DNA of 64,000 bases from Dehalococcoidia bacterium (GCA_965232845.1 OZ247428.1:1703483-1767482), one strand, 5' to 3'; positions 37,830 through 48,346 are shown, numbered from the stretch's first letter. Program-made: numbers and translations. The notes: a model not told the origin generated them from the sequence alone.

Positions 37830-38183
37830 ACGAAGAGGGAAGAGCAAAACACCCCCCGCAGGAAGGCCCTCAATCCTGCGTGCTGTGGCCCCAAGCTGCC
37901 AGCTTTACGCCAACGACCGATGCCTGAGCTTTGTCTAATGCGGCAGTGAAAACTATTGTCTTGCCTTGGGCGCTGTGCTTACACTTCAACATCAATTGGG
38001 CGTATTCCGGTTTTTCTACTACTGCGGCCTCTAAACAGGTCCACGAGGCGTCTTCTATATAATCTTCAAGGTCGGCCATTGTTCTCTCCTAGCGAATTGG
38101 TCTTACTCCCCAGCATTATCACTCGCCTATTGGGTGGGCGGGAGCATTATAACAGCACAAACTCTTTCCAGAGGTACGACCAT

Positions 38184-38438
38184 ATGACCACTCTCAGAGG
38201 GTGCCTGATTAGCCTCGGTATTCTGTTAATGTTGGCCGCTGGGTTGGGTTGTGGCACCAACCAAGAGGCAGTTAATGAAGCTGCCCTTGCGGAAGCTTGT
38301 GGGGCCATAGAGGATGCCAATGCGCTACAACGTCAGCAAATGGCGTGGGAAATTGTACGACACCAAAATATAAGCTCGTTATGGAGCAGTGAACAAATCA
38401 TTGCTGAAGTGGAAAAGGTCGCAGAACTGCTTGAATGA
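38184..38438 (+). CDS. Small putative lipoprotein
   Basis: 84 aa starting from the ATG at 38184. Its signal peptide ends in lipobox-like LAAGLGCG. The longer 160-aa ORF extension is not supported. Confidence 0.4.
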   Translation: MTTLRGCLISLGILLMLAAGLGCGTNQEAVNEAALAEACGAIEDANALQRQQMAWEIVRHQNISSLWSSEQIIAEVEKVAELLE

Positions 38439-38623
38439 GCCTTCAATCGGGGAGTTTTGCACTTTCCTCAAACAAAAACCTTGGTCAAACAGGGCAATCC
38501 CGTCTCAACCCATTCTATCCTCAACCTACATGAATGTTAGCATCGGCTGAGAATTCGGAAAGTGCTTTACCAAGCGGCCCGTGGTGTATGGCGGCAACGC
38601 GTTCCAGCCGTTAATATATTGCC

Positions 38624-41600
38624 ATGACGGCTTACTCCACCTCCCATCAGCCGCCGTACCTTGGACACCTCATTTCTAGCCCGCAATCGCCAGCGCTCCG
38701 GCAAGTCCTGTGGAGCGTTGTGCGCGATGCCAAGCAGGCTGACCTGATGGCCCCGGTAACGGTAGTTTCCCCATCCCGCTACGCCAGCTTGAGCCTGCGC
38801 CAGGAATTGGGGCAGCGCGGTTTCGTCAATGTCCGGTTCATTCAATTGCCGGTGCTGGCGGAACTGCTGGGCGGTGCGGCCTTGGCTGCCGAGGGTCGCA
38901 AACCGTTGACCTCCGCGTTGCAAAGCATTTCCCTCCGTAGGGCCCTGACCCAGGCCGAGGGGGCTCTGAGTCCGGTCCGGACCCACCCCAAGACCCAGGC
39001 CAGTGTGCGTGCCTCTTTCAATGAATTGCGCCGGCTGGATGATGCCGCCCGAGAAGAGTTGGCAAGCCAGGGCGGAGTTGGCGCCGAAGTTGTTGGCCTC
39101 TACCGGAAGTTCCGGCAAGATATTGGGCAAAACTGGTTCGACGCGGAGGACCTGACCACGAAAGCGGCTGAAGTTGTCACTCAGGGACGGGCCGCAGCCC
39201 TGAATGACCTGGGGCACATTGTCTTTTACCTGCCTCGCTCTCCGAGTCCCGCGGAGACGGCCCTGATGCAAGCGCTGGCGCAACGAGGTCTATGCTCGGC
39301 AATACTGGGAACTACCGACGATTCCGACGCAAATGAACCCATTGCTGCCTTGGCCAGGGCACTTGAACCCTCGCTGGGACCTGCGCTGGCCGAGGAGAAT
39401 ACTGACTCGGCCAATCCACCTTTGGCCGGGCAAGTCCACCTCCATGTAGCCGCCAACACCCACGAAGAACTGCGGTGGGTAATCCGCCAAATCGTCGGGG
39501 AGGCGGGCAGCAATAGCGCTCCCTTTCACCGCATGGCCGTCCTGTACCGCATGGAAAACCCCTACGGCACCCTGATTCGCGATGAACTGGCCCTCGCCGG
39601 CATTCCCATGGCCGGCCCCGGCCGGGACAGCCTGGCCGACACGCCGGCGGGGCGCACCCTTCTGGGATTGCTGAATTTGGCCGGAAACGACTTTCGCCGC
39701 GACGAAGTTATGGCGTGGCTTACCGGTTGTCCAGTCCGCCCACTCGGGGGCAAGGAGTCCAATTTCAGCCCCAGCCAATGGGATGCCATCAGCCGCCAGG
39801 CCGGAATCGTCGGTGGCCTGGACCAATGGCAGACGAGACTTGAAGCCTTTGAACTTCAGACTATCGAAAAGGCCGATAGTGGGGAAGCTGCGGAGGAACT
39901 TTCCGAAGGCCGGGCTGCCGCAATGCGGGCCAGCGCGGGTATCGCCAGCGACCTCCGGGAGTTCATCCAGGACTTGTCCGTAGCGGTTACTGCCCCGCCG
40001 CCCGGCAGTTCTTGGTCCACTTTCTGCAAGTGGGCATCCCAACTCCTGGAAAGCTACATTTACCATTTTCCTTCAACGGGTGACAGCGCCGAACGGGCCG
40101 GTCTGGATCAGGACAAGGAACGTATCGCGCAGATTCTGGATGACCTGCGCGCCGCCGACAGCATTAACCCCTCGGCCTCGGAGGAAGAGTTCAAGCAGGT
40201 CTTGACGGACTCCATGCAGGTTCAGCAGGGGCACCTCGGTCCCACCGGGCAGGGCGTCTTCGTGTCATCCTTTGCCTCAGCCACGGGAATGAGTTTTGAC
40301 GTAATCTGGATGGTGGGAATGATCGAAGGCGGGGCCCCGCCGGCTATCCGCCCCGATCCCCTATTGCCCGAGCATTCCTTGCGTAACCGGGGCATACCCA
40401 CACGGGCAGAGCAGCGTATCGCGAGGGAGCGTTACGACTACCTGTCAGCGCTGGCTACCGCGCCTCGACGTGTCCTCTCATTTCCAGTGGCCGAAACGGC
40501 TTCCCGGCGTGAGGCCCATCCGTCGCGCTGGTTCCTCGAGCAAGCGACCGCCCTTGCTGGGAAGCAGGTCCACAGCAGCACCCTTCCTTCCCTTGCCGGC
40601 CTCCCGTGGCTGACCGTTTCCGAGTCAGCGGAACACGCCTTGGCCGACCTGAATGACGCCGGTTTGGCCGATGCCCTGGACTACAATCTGCACCGGTTGC
40701 TCCACTGGAAAAAGCTCGGACGCCCCGTTACCCAGCATCCCATAGCCGCCCAGGGAACCCTGGCAAATTCCAGCCGCCTGGGCCGCAGCCGCAATTCGGC
40801 CCGGTTTACGGAGTTTGACGGCAACCTGGCGCCGGTGGCGGGCGGAGCCAGGTTCGGTCGAAACCTGCATCAACAGGTAATGTCTGCCACCCGCCTGGAG
40901 GCCTGGGCCGGCTGTCCTTTCCGCTACTTCCTCGGCAATGTGCTGCGGCTGGGCGCCCTTCCGACCCCCGAAGATACCAACACCATCAGCGCCCTGGACC
41001 GGGGTTCGCTTATCCACAAAATCCTCGAACTGTTCATTATCCGGACCAACGATAGCGGCGCCCTGCCCCTGCCAGGCCAGCGGTGGGGTGACACCGACCG
41101 GTCAAGGCTGATGCAGATTGCTGAAACAGAGTTCCAGGCCGCCGAGGCTCAGGGAATTACCGGAAAATATCTGCTCTGGGAACTGGCCAAGCAGAACATT
41201 CTTGACGACCTGGAAACTTTCCTGGTTGAGGAAAGCAAGCTGCGGACACGCAACGAGACCGGCCAGGTCCTGGTTGAAGCAAGCTTCGGCTGGGAAAAGG
41301 ACACTCCGGAAGTGGTTGACCCCGCCACCGGACTAAGGTTCCGTGGCTATATTGACCGCGTGGACGTTAGCTCGGACGGGGCCACGGCGCTGGTCATTGA
41401 CTACAAGAGCGGCTCAGCCAGACCCTACTCTGACCTCAAGAACGACGCCATCGATCACGGCAAGCGGCTCCAGTTGGGCATCTATTCCCTGGCGGCCCAG
41501 CAGTTGGTCCCCGGCGCATCGCGTTTCCAGGCGGCCTACTGGTTCACTTCAGGAGGAGGCGGCTTTCAGTTTGCCCCTCCCGACTTTTTCGACATTAGCG

Positions 41601-41854
41601 ACGAGGACACGGCCAAGCGCTTCAGAGAGGGAGCGCTGCAGATAGTTTCCGGTATCGAGGCCGGCGTGTTTCCAGCCAATCCAGGGCCCTTTTCCAATGG
41701 ACATTTCACTAACTGTCACTATTGTGACTTTGAGCGGCTGTGTCCCTCCCGGCGGGGAGATACCTGGGACCGCAAGAAGCATGACCCCAAGATAGCCTCG
41801 TATCGGGAACTGGCCGAGGATGGCGTGCAGACCGAGTCGGACGGGGAGGCGTAA
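38624..41854 (+). CDS. addB: AddB-like helicase-nuclease subunit B (PD-(D/E)XK nuclease, inactive helicase scaffold)
   Basis: 1076 aa with no Walker A motif. The C-terminal nuclease GYIDRVD...LVIDYKSG is bracketed by cysteines CPFRYF ... CHYCDFERLC, resembling the AddB Fe-S staple. The addA-like gene starts 3 nt downstream. Confidence 0.75.
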   Translation: MTAYSTSHQPPYLGHLISSPQSPALRQVLWSVVRDAKQADLMAPVTVVSPSRYASLSLRQELGQRGFVNVRFIQLPVLAELLGGAALAAEGRKPLTSALQSISLRRALTQAEGALSPVRTHPKTQASVRASFNELRRLDDAAREELASQGGVGAEVVGLYRKFRQDIGQNWFDAEDLTTKAAEVVTQGRAAALNDLGHIVFYLPRSPSPAETALMQALAQRGLCSAILGTTDDSDANEPIAALARALEPSLGPALAEENTDSANPPLAGQVHLHVAANTHEELRWVIRQIVGEAGSNSAPFHRMAVLYRMENPYGTLIRDELALAGIPMAGPGRDSLADTPAGRTLLGLLNLAGNDFRRDEVMAWLTGCPVRPLGGKESNFSPSQWDAISRQAGIVGGLDQWQTRLEAFELQTIEKADSGEAAEELSEGRAAAMRASAGIASDLREFIQDLSVAVTAPPPGSSWSTFCKWASQLLESYIYHFPSTGDSAERAGLDQDKERIAQILDDLRAADSINPSASEEEFKQVLTDSMQVQQGHLGPTGQGVFVSSFASATGMSFDVIWMVGMIEGGAPPAIRPDPLLPEHSLRNRGIPTRAEQRIARERYDYLSALATAPRRVLSFPVAETASRREAHPSRWFLEQATALAGKQVHSSTLPSLAGLPWLTVSESAEHALADLNDAGLADALDYNLHRLLHWKKLGRPVTQHPIAAQGTLANSSRLGRSRNSARFTEFDGNLAPVAGGARFGRNLHQQVMSATRLEAWAGCPFRYFLGNVLRLGALPTPEDTNTISALDRGSLIHKILELFIIRTNDSGALPLPGQRWGDTDRSRLMQIAETEFQAAEAQGITGKYLLWELAKQNILDDLETFLVEESKLRTRNETGQVLVEASFGWEKDTPEVVDPATGLRFRGYIDRVDVSSDGATALVIDYKSGSARPYSDLKNDAIDHGKRLQLGIYSLAAQQLVPGASRFQAAYWFTSGGGGFQFAPPDFFDISDEDTAKRFREGALQIVSGIEAGVFPANPGPFSNGHFTNCHYCDFERLCPSRRGDTWDRKKHDPKIASYRELAEDGVQTESDGEA

Positions 41855-41857
41855 ATA

Positions 41858-44800
41858 ATGGCCCAAGAAACCTCAACCACCGCTTCCCCGAGGAACACCT
41901 TCACGCCCACAGATGAGTCGGTGCGCCAGGCCATCCGCCAACAACTGGACGAGACCCTCTTCGTCGAGGCCAGCGCCGGCACGGGTAAGACTTCCAGCCT
42001 GGTCGAGCGAATGGTAAACCTGGTTGCCACCGGCCGGACCACCCTGGACCGGATAGCCGCCATCACCTTCACTGAAGCCGCCGCTGCCGAACTGCGAGAC
42101 CGGGTGCGCCAAAGGCTGGAAGAGGTGGCCGTTGATGAATCACGACCCGTCGAAGAGCGTGAACTTTGCCGCCAGGGTATATCCGACCTCGACCAGGCCG
42201 CGGTCCGGACCCTCCATTCTTTCGCCGCCCAACTGCTTCACGAGCGGCCGCTGGAAGCCGGTCTGCCTCCCGGCTTTGACACCTCCGATGAAGTCGTCAC
42301 TGGCATCAGGTTTGACGAGGAGTGGGAAAAATGGCTGGACCTCGTCCTGGAGCGGGAATCGCCCATCGCAGAGCATCTTTCCCTGGCCTTTTCGTTTAAC
42401 GTAACACTGGAGAACCTGAGGAAGCTGGCCCTAGAGTTTAATGCCAACTACGCCGATTTGGAGGGCGTCGATTTCACGTCAACCAGGCCCGACGTAGGCG
42501 CTGCCGCACGAGCCTTTGACGAACTTTGGCCCGAGGTGGGCCGGCTGTCCCAGTTTTGCAAGAACGAACAGGACCTGCTGTACAACCATATTCAGAGTCG
42601 CAAGACGCATGTGCAAAAGCTGCAAGAGCCCCAGTCCTCCTCACTAGCCTACTACCGACAACTTCACCGCCTGCCAGGGTTCTCCTTCAAGAATGGAAGC
42701 CAAAGGAATTGGGACAGCGACCCCTTGAGCAAGAATAATGCTTGCGTCACAATCAGAAACTTACTGCCCCAACTTGACGAAGTTGTAGCTGAGGAACTGG
42801 AAGCCGCCAAGGGTTTCGCGTTAGGCCACATCCTCAATGCGCTGAGTGGGTTCGTCCTTGAATATGCCCGGCATCGAAAGGCGGAAGGCCGTGCCGAATT
42901 CCACGATCTGCTGGTCTGGGCGCGGGATATGCTGCGCGATCGTCTCGACGTCAGGGAGTATTTTCGCTTTCGCTTCTCCCACCTGTTGATTGACGAGTCA
43001 CAGGACACCGACCCCATCCAGGCCGAAATTGCCATGTTCCTGGCCGAGGCGGTACCCGAAGGGACACCGGATGAAGACCGTCCCCGTACCTGGCGCCAGG
43101 TTTTGCCCGAAACCGGCAAGCTATTTGTGGTGGGGGACCCCAAGCAATCCATATACCGGTTCCGCCGCGCCGATGTCGAACAAATGCGGTTGCTCCAGGA
43201 GAGAATGGAACAAGCCGGCGGCCGCAATGTCCATTTGGTACAAAACTTCCGTTCCCAGGAGCCAATCATTTCCTGGGTAAACCACCTGTTCCAACAGTGG
43301 ATGGGGTCGGGCAGCGACGAAGGCAACGGCGAAAAACCAGGACAGGACGGACAGGAAGCCTATGCCCAGGCGGCATACGACTCAATGGACTACCTGGGGT
43401 CGGGCAACGGCGAAGGCAACGGCGAAGGCAACGGCGAAGGCAGCGACGAAGGCAGCGAAGAAGGCAGCGAAGAAAGCCAAGGCAAAAAACAGGGACAGGA
43501 CGGACAGGAAGCCTATATCCAGGCGGCATACGACTCAATGGACTACCTGGGGTCGGGCAGCGACGAAGGCAACGGCGAAAAACAGGGACAGGACGGACAG
43601 GAAGTCTATGTCCAGGCGGCATACGATTCAATGGACTACCGGTGGTCGGGTAACGCCGGGGGCCCCTTTGGCCCCGGGGTGTGGGCGCTGGCCGACGAAG
43701 AAATGGACGGTGGCGTCTCGGGAGTCCGCCGCCAGGAAGCCGAGGACATTGCCAGCCTCCTTCGACAGATAGTGGAGCAGCAGTGGCAAAAGCTGGACCG
43801 GGAGGCTACGGATGCCACCGGCCAGGAAACCTTTAAACCGGTCGGCTATTCGGACATCTGCATCCTTATCCGTTCCCGCACTTCACTGCCGGAACTGGAA
43901 CGTGGGCTGGAAGCGGCCAACATTCCCTACCGGCTGGAAAGCGCCTCCCTGATATTTGAGACCCAGGAAGTCCGGGACCTGTTGAATTGCCTGCGGGCCA
44001 TCGACAATCCTGTTGACCGGATCGCCACCGTTGCAGCCCTTCGCTTTCCTGCTTTCGCCTGCAGTGACATTGACCTGCTCCAGTACTTCGAGAGGGGCGG
44101 GCAGTTCGACTATCTGGCCGCTCCGCTGCGCGGTGAATGCAGCATCGTCGGCGAGGCGCTTGCAGTCTTGAAACGCTTCCACGAGGAACGGCTTTGGGAA
44201 TGGCCCGCCGTCTTGATTGAGCGATTCATGAGGGACCGCCAACTGTTGGAGGCGGCAACGACCCATCCACGGATGCGCGAGCAGTGGCGGCGCTACCGAT
44301 TCATGGTAGAGCGAGCCTGGCAGTTCGCCGAGGCTGGAGGAAATTCCTTGCGGGCCTTCGTCGGCTGGATTGATGATCAGATAAGCGAGCGGGTACAGGT
44401 AGTCGAGACGCCGGTGCCCGAGTCCGACGAAGAAGCGGTAAGGGTAATGACTATCCACGCCGCCAAGGGGCTGGAATTTCCGGTTGTAATCCTGACCGGC
44501 ATCAATTCCGGTTCGGGGAGCAACAATCCACCAAGTTCCCTTTATGACCGGCAGCGGAATGCCGTCGAAGTCAACCTGGGCTCGAGAAAAAACAGTTTCA
44601 AGACCAGCGGTTACGACGGCCTGAAAGCCCGTGAAGACGAAATGTCCGTCGCTGAGCGGGTCCGCCTCATGTACGTGGCCACCACCCGAGCCCGGGACCA
44701 CCTGGTGCTCAGCCTCAGGAGACCGGCAAGCCGTTACGGGACCAACTCCGCAGCCGCGGCGATGTCCACGTACCTGGCCGACCGCCCCGAACTTTGGCAG

Positions 44801-45595
44801 CCGGTTATCCTGCAGGGCGCGACCCCTGGCGCCGACCCTGATATCGTTGCAGACGCAGGCCGCGAAAACCTGGCTAACGTCCCCGCTGAACACTCCCTGG
44901 AGTACCGGGAGTCCTGGCTAGGGGAACGACAAGCGCTAATCGAAAACCTCAGCAGGCCCGCTTTCACCTCCGCAACCGCGCTGGGCCATCCTGACAGCGA
45001 AGAAAAACCGGAGCAGGAAAGAGACCAGACCGGCGAGCCCTGGCGTCGCGGTCGGGGCGCCACACAAGTGGGGCGGGCCGTCCACGCTGTCCTGCAATCC
45101 ATTGACCTGGCAACCGGCGAAGGCCTGGCGGACCGGGCCAGGGCCCAGGCCACCGCCGAGGGCATACCGGAAAGGGAAGTGGAAGTCGCCGAACTGGCCC
45201 AGGTTGCAGTCGATAGCGAAATCGTGCACCGCGCCGTGGCTTCCGGTCGGCTCTGGCGGGAGGTACCGGTGGCCGCGCCGGTGGGCGACGGCTTTATGCA
45301 CGGCTTTCTGCACGGCTTTATTGACTTGCTGTTTGAGGAACAGGACGGGCTGGTCATAGTGGACTACAAGACCGATTCGGTTGACGCAAAGGAAACTCAA
45401 GAGGCCGTGGAGCGCTACCGATTGCAGGGCGGCGCCTATGCCTACGCCATCGGCAGGGCCACGGGCAAACCGGTCAAGGAAGTGCTGTTCCTGTACTTGA
45501 AGCCTAAACGAGAAGAAGCGTTGCCAGACCTGAAGCGAGCCACCCTGGAGGCTGAAGAGCGGGCAAGAGAACAGTTGGGAGCAGGCAGCGCTTAG
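41858..45595 (+). CDS. addA: AddA/UvrD-like SF1 helicase with C-terminal RecB-type nuclease
   Basis: SF1 helicase motifs present: ASAGTGKTSSLV (Walker A), LLIDESQDTDP, VGDPKQSIYRFRRAD, QNFRS, TIHAAKGLEFPVV and YVATTRARDHL. The C-terminal nuclease reads GFIDLLFEE...VIVDYKTD. Confidence 0.85.
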   Translation: MAQETSTTASPRNTFTPTDESVRQAIRQQLDETLFVEASAGTGKTSSLVERMVNLVATGRTTLDRIAAITFTEAAAAELRDRVRQRLEEVAVDESRPVEERELCRQGISDLDQAAVRTLHSFAAQLLHERPLEAGLPPGFDTSDEVVTGIRFDEEWEKWLDLVLERESPIAEHLSLAFSFNVTLENLRKLALEFNANYADLEGVDFTSTRPDVGAAARAFDELWPEVGRLSQFCKNEQDLLYNHIQSRKTHVQKLQEPQSSSLAYYRQLHRLPGFSFKNGSQRNWDSDPLSKNNACVTIRNLLPQLDEVVAEELEAAKGFALGHILNALSGFVLEYARHRKAEGRAEFHDLLVWARDMLRDRLDVREYFRFRFSHLLIDESQDTDPIQAEIAMFLAEAVPEGTPDEDRPRTWRQVLPETGKLFVVGDPKQSIYRFRRADVEQMRLLQERMEQAGGRNVHLVQNFRSQEPIISWVNHLFQQWMGSGSDEGNGEKPGQDGQEAYAQAAYDSMDYLGSGNGEGNGEGNGEGSDEGSEEGSEESQGKKQGQDGQEAYIQAAYDSMDYLGSGSDEGNGEKQGQDGQEVYVQAAYDSMDYRWSGNAGGPFGPGVWALADEEMDGGVSGVRRQEAEDIASLLRQIVEQQWQKLDREATDATGQETFKPVGYSDICILIRSRTSLPELERGLEAANIPYRLESASLIFETQEVRDLLNCLRAIDNPVDRIATVAALRFPAFACSDIDLLQYFERGGQFDYLAAPLRGECSIVGEALAVLKRFHEERLWEWPAVLIERFMRDRQLLEAATTHPRMREQWRRYRFMVERAWQFAEAGGNSLRAFVGWIDDQISERVQVVETPVPESDEEAVRVMTIHAAKGLEFPVVILTGINSGSGSNNPPSSLYDRQRNAVEVNLGSRKNSFKTSGYDGLKAREDEMSVAERVRLMYVATTRARDHLVLSLRRPASRYGTNSAAAAMSTYLADRPELWQPVILQGATPGADPDIVADAGRENLANVPAEHSLEYRESWLGERQALIENLSRPAFTSATALGHPDSEEKPEQERDQTGEPWRRGRGATQVGRAVHAVLQSIDLATGEGLADRARAQATAEGIPEREVEVAELAQVAVDSEIVHRAVASGRLWREVPVAAPVGDGFMHGFLHGFIDLLFEEQDGLVIVDYKTDSVDAKETQEAVERYRLQGGAYAYAIGRATGKPVKEVLFLYLKPKREEALPDLKRATLEAEERAREQLGAGSA
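43304..43660 (+). repeat. In-frame tandem repeat expansion inside addA
   Basis: Three units of 93, 153 and 93 nt start at 43304, 43397 and 43550. Units 1 and 3 differ at about 6 positions. Unit 2 carries internal 12-nt microrepeats (GGCAACGGCGAA x3, GGCAGCGA(C/A)GAA x3). Confidence 0.9.
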
Positions 45596-45678
45596 CTTCT
45601 CTCCCAAACCGAATTTAGCGGCGAGGAGATCGGCAACTGCAGCTATTATATTCCAGGCTGCCTTTCCAGGCTGCTTAT

Positions 45679-45917
45679 CAGGGCAATCGCGTTATAAACG
45701 ATTGTCATGCTGAGCGAAGCCGAAGCATCTAAGCTCCAACCCAGCAACCTTGTTTCGGGCCTTGAGCCTGACTCCTGTCAGGGACTTTAGACCCTTCGGC
45801 AAGCTCAGGGTGACATGTTTTATGCTCAGGGTGACATGTTTTAAGCTCAGGGTGACATGTTTTCCCATCAGAAAGAACTTGCACATATCAACATGAACTT
45901 AAAACGCGATTGCCTTG
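45679..45917 (-). mobile_element. MITE-like element, copy A (3 internal 21-nt repeats)
   Basis: Terminal inverted repeats are CAGGGCAATCGCGTTATAA... / ...TTAAAACGCGATTGCCTTG. The core is the reverse complement of copies B, C and D. The internal 21-nt repeat block spans 45802-45863. Confidence 0.8.
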
Positions 45918-45989
45918 GGTCAGGGACTGAGGCCGGTTATCGGCAGAGGTTGCTTTCTGAATCGCATGGTTGTGGCAGGCATGCAAGAG

Positions 45990-46020
45990 GGGCCGGTTGA
46001 ACAGACCGGCCCTTTGTTTG
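45990..46020. terminator. Hairpin terminator between MITE copy A and the convergent LLM gene
   Basis: 8-bp stem GGGCCGGT/ACCGGCCC with a 7-nt loop, followed on the plus strand by TTTGTTT. Confidence 0.55.
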
Positions 46021-46056
46021 CCCTGGCGGACTATTCGGTACTTGCTGAAGTTTGTC

Positions 46057-47199
46057 TTAGTCTTCCTTCAAGGCGGGAATTACCTTGGTTCCCAGCAGTT
46101 CTACCGAGCGCATCACGTCTTCGTGGGGCATGTCGCCCTCGTTGCCGTAGATGAGCATGTAGCCGGGGTCCAGTGATTCCTTGATGTAACGCAGCTTCTT
46201 AATGACCGTCTCGGGACTGCCCACGATGATATTGTGAGCGTCCTGCAGTTCTTCGTAACTCATCCGGCGACCGATGGTGCCGGTGCCGATGGTGGGACGG
46301 GACATCTTGATTCGCAGCGCTTCGCGGGACTGGTAGCCTGGCGGGTCGTTGAATTCCACCGGGCCCCTCTGGCGGTGGGCTTCGGTCCAAAGGAAGGTGC
46401 GGCCCACTTCCTGGGCCCGCTCATCCGTGTCCGCTACGAGGCAGCGAATCAGGTAGCCGAAGTGCTCGGGCCCCGGCTCGTAGCCCTCTTCGCGGGCGGT
46501 CTCGAAGTAAATGTCCTTTAGCTGCTTGGTCAGGTCCAGCAGCGACCCCAGGTTCATGTAGGGGTACATCCGCTTGGCGGCCCAGATTACGCTTTCGGGG
46601 CTGCCGGTACCGGGGAACCAGACCTCGGGATGGGGCTTCTGAATAGGCACCACCCAAGGGTTTACCATTCGGTGGGGGAAGTAGCGTCCCTCCCAGCGAA
46701 ACGGGCCGGGAGTGGTCCAGCACTTGACTATCAGGTCGTGGGCCTCTTCAAACCGGTCCCGGTTTTCGGTGGGGCTGATGCCGGCGTGGAGGGTTTCCAC
46801 CGCGGTGCCCCGCACGAATCCGGAGATGATGCGGCCGCCGGAAATGCAGTCCAGCATGGCGATTTCCTCGGCCATCTTCACCGGATCATTCAGGGCGATT
46901 ACGTTGCCGAGCATGGCAATCTTGACTTTCTTGGTAACCTTGGCGATTACCGCCGCGTCCACGTTGACCGAGGGTTTCATGCACCAGTAGGACGAGTGGT
47001 GCTCATTGGACATGATGCCGTCGAACCCGACTTCATCGGCCAGGGTGTACTGGTCGTGATAATTGTTGTAGAGAACATGTGCCCTTTCGGGGTCAAAGTA
47101 GGTATTGGGAAAGTGCATCCGACCTGACTCATAGGGGGCCAGGTCTTCATCCGATACGTGCCCATAAGGCTGTTCGGAGAACCAGAATACTTCCGTCAT
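46057..47199 (-). CDS. LLM-class (luciferase-like) flavin-dependent monooxygenase
   Basis: 380 aa. FWFSEQPYGHV...GFDGIMSNEHHSS...ISGGRIISGFVRG is typical of the luciferase-like family. Confidence 0.8.
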   Translation of the reverse strand: MTEVFWFSEQPYGHVSDEDLAPYESGRMHFPNTYFDPERAHVLYNNYHDQYTLADEVGFDGIMSNEHHSSYWCMKPSVNVDAAVIAKVTKKVKIAMLGNVIALNDPVKMAEEIAMLDCISGGRIISGFVRGTAVETLHAGISPTENRDRFEEAHDLIVKCWTTPGPFRWEGRYFPHRMVNPWVVPIQKPHPEVWFPGTGSPESVIWAAKRMYPYMNLGSLLDLTKQLKDIYFETAREEGYEPGPEHFGYLIRCLVADTDERAQEVGRTFLWTEAHRQRGPVEFNDPPGYQSREALRIKMSRPTIGTGTIGRRMSYEELQDAHNIIVGSPETVIKKLRYIKESLDPGYMLIYGNEGDMPHEDVMRSVELLGTKVIPALKED

Positions 47200-47296
47200 C
47201 GCTTGCTCCTCTTCTTTCGTGCCGCTGAACCTTTGGCTTACAAAGATTGGCCGGGAAACTCTGTTGCGGCTTATGCTTCCGTCTTCACTGCGCCTT

Positions 47297-48091
47297 TTAA
47301 ACTGTCGCCAGGAATTCGTTGACCGCCGCCAGGAATTCCGCCGGCTTCTCCAGAGCGGGGGAATGGCCGCAGTTGTCGATCACCTTGAGTTGAGCGTTGG
47401 GCATGACTGACTCGAACATCTGGCCGCATTCCAGCGGGATAATGGCGTCCTGCCGTCCCCAGACCAGTAAGGTTGGAGTATCTACCTTGGGCAGATAGTG
47501 GGGCAGACTGGGATTATGGAGGTAGGGTCGCCAGCACAGCCGCGAGGCCATTTCCTGGTTGGAATGGGCTACCAACTGTTCTTCTGCGGTGGGTTCTCTC
47601 TCGTAATCCTCCCGATTGGGCACCTGGGAAATGTCGTGGAATCGCTGTGCCGTGCGAGTCTGGGCCGACACCATAAATATCTCGGCTATTTCGCTGTTCG
47701 CCGGCTTGATACCGGCTGCGCCCACGAGAATCAACGCCTTCACATTTGTCCGGCTCATGGCCGCCATCTCGGCGGCTACCCAGCCGCCCATGGAAGAACC
47801 CATCAGGATATAGTCTTGCAGGCCCAGGGCTTCAACCATTGCCTGGTTGAAGTGGCACAAGTCGGTGATGGTATAGAGCCACTCCGGCCTTTCAGTACCG
47901 TTAAAGCCGGCTTGAGACGGCACATACACGGTATAGCTCTTGGCCAGTTCTTCGTGGTAGGCCTGCCAGCCTGCGTTGCCGCCGGCCCCGTGCAGAAAGA
48001 GCAATGGCGGGCCGCTGCCGCCCGAAAACATCTCAACTTGAGTGCCGGCAACTTCTATCGTAGTGCGATTGGAACTTTGTGTGGTGGTCAT
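47297..48091 (-). CDS. Alpha/beta-fold hydrolase
   Basis: The start is set at the ATG at 48091 (AGGGAG RBS). It has oxyanion LLFLHGAGG, nucleophile elbow GSSMGG and a C-terminal catalytic His in DNCGHSP. Confidence 0.8.
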   Translation of the reverse strand: MTTTQSSNRTTIEVAGTQVEMFSGGSGPPLLFLHGAGGNAGWQAYHEELAKSYTVYVPSQAGFNGTERPEWLYTITDLCHFNQAMVEALGLQDYILMGSSMGGWVAAEMAAMSRTNVKALILVGAAGIKPANSEIAEIFMVSAQTRTAQRFHDISQVPNREDYEREPTAEEQLVAHSNQEMASRLCWRPYLHNPSLPHYLPKVDTPTLLVWGRQDAIIPLECGQMFESVMPNAQLKVIDNCGHSPALEKPAEFLAAVNEFLATV

Positions 48092-48346
48092 AGGCAATCT
48101 CCCTTTTCTCGCGTTTAGTGGGGTCGGATATGTTGGGCAGGCTGTGTCGGCAAATTGGCCTGCCCCGCCAATCAACTAAAAGGACACGAACCGTGCCGAT
48201 TATGACCGATAGCTCAACAAAGAGGTGGGGAATTGCCTGCATTCTGTTACAAACCGCCTTTAGTGTCAAGGTTGATATCGACGCCCGCGCCGGTCCGTGA
48301 CGATGCATAAATCGCGCAGGAAACGCTGTCATCCTTCTTGTCTGGG

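Noticed and set aside
37870-38079. 69-aa minus-strand ORF between the thi promoter region and the lipoprotein gene.
   Set aside because: It has no recognisable motif or clear RBS, and it overlaps the 5' extension of the opposite-strand ORF. Evidence is insufficient to call it a gene, although it cannot be excluded.
43266-43653. ORFs encoding RRCLRRCL.. (minus strand) and RRQRRRQRR.. (plus strand) repeats.
   Set aside because: They are alternative-frame readings of the addA in-frame tandem repeat. The addA frame is continuous and carries helicase motifs on both sides.
45692-45886. 64-aa ORF with HVTLS repeats. The 160-aa ORF 48033..48515 and the 191-aa ORF 55312..55887 are similar cases.
   Set aside because: These are translations running through MITE copies, including the 21-nt internal repeat, or running antisense to the IS630 fragment. 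The same sequence recurs as a non-coding repeat in both orientations.
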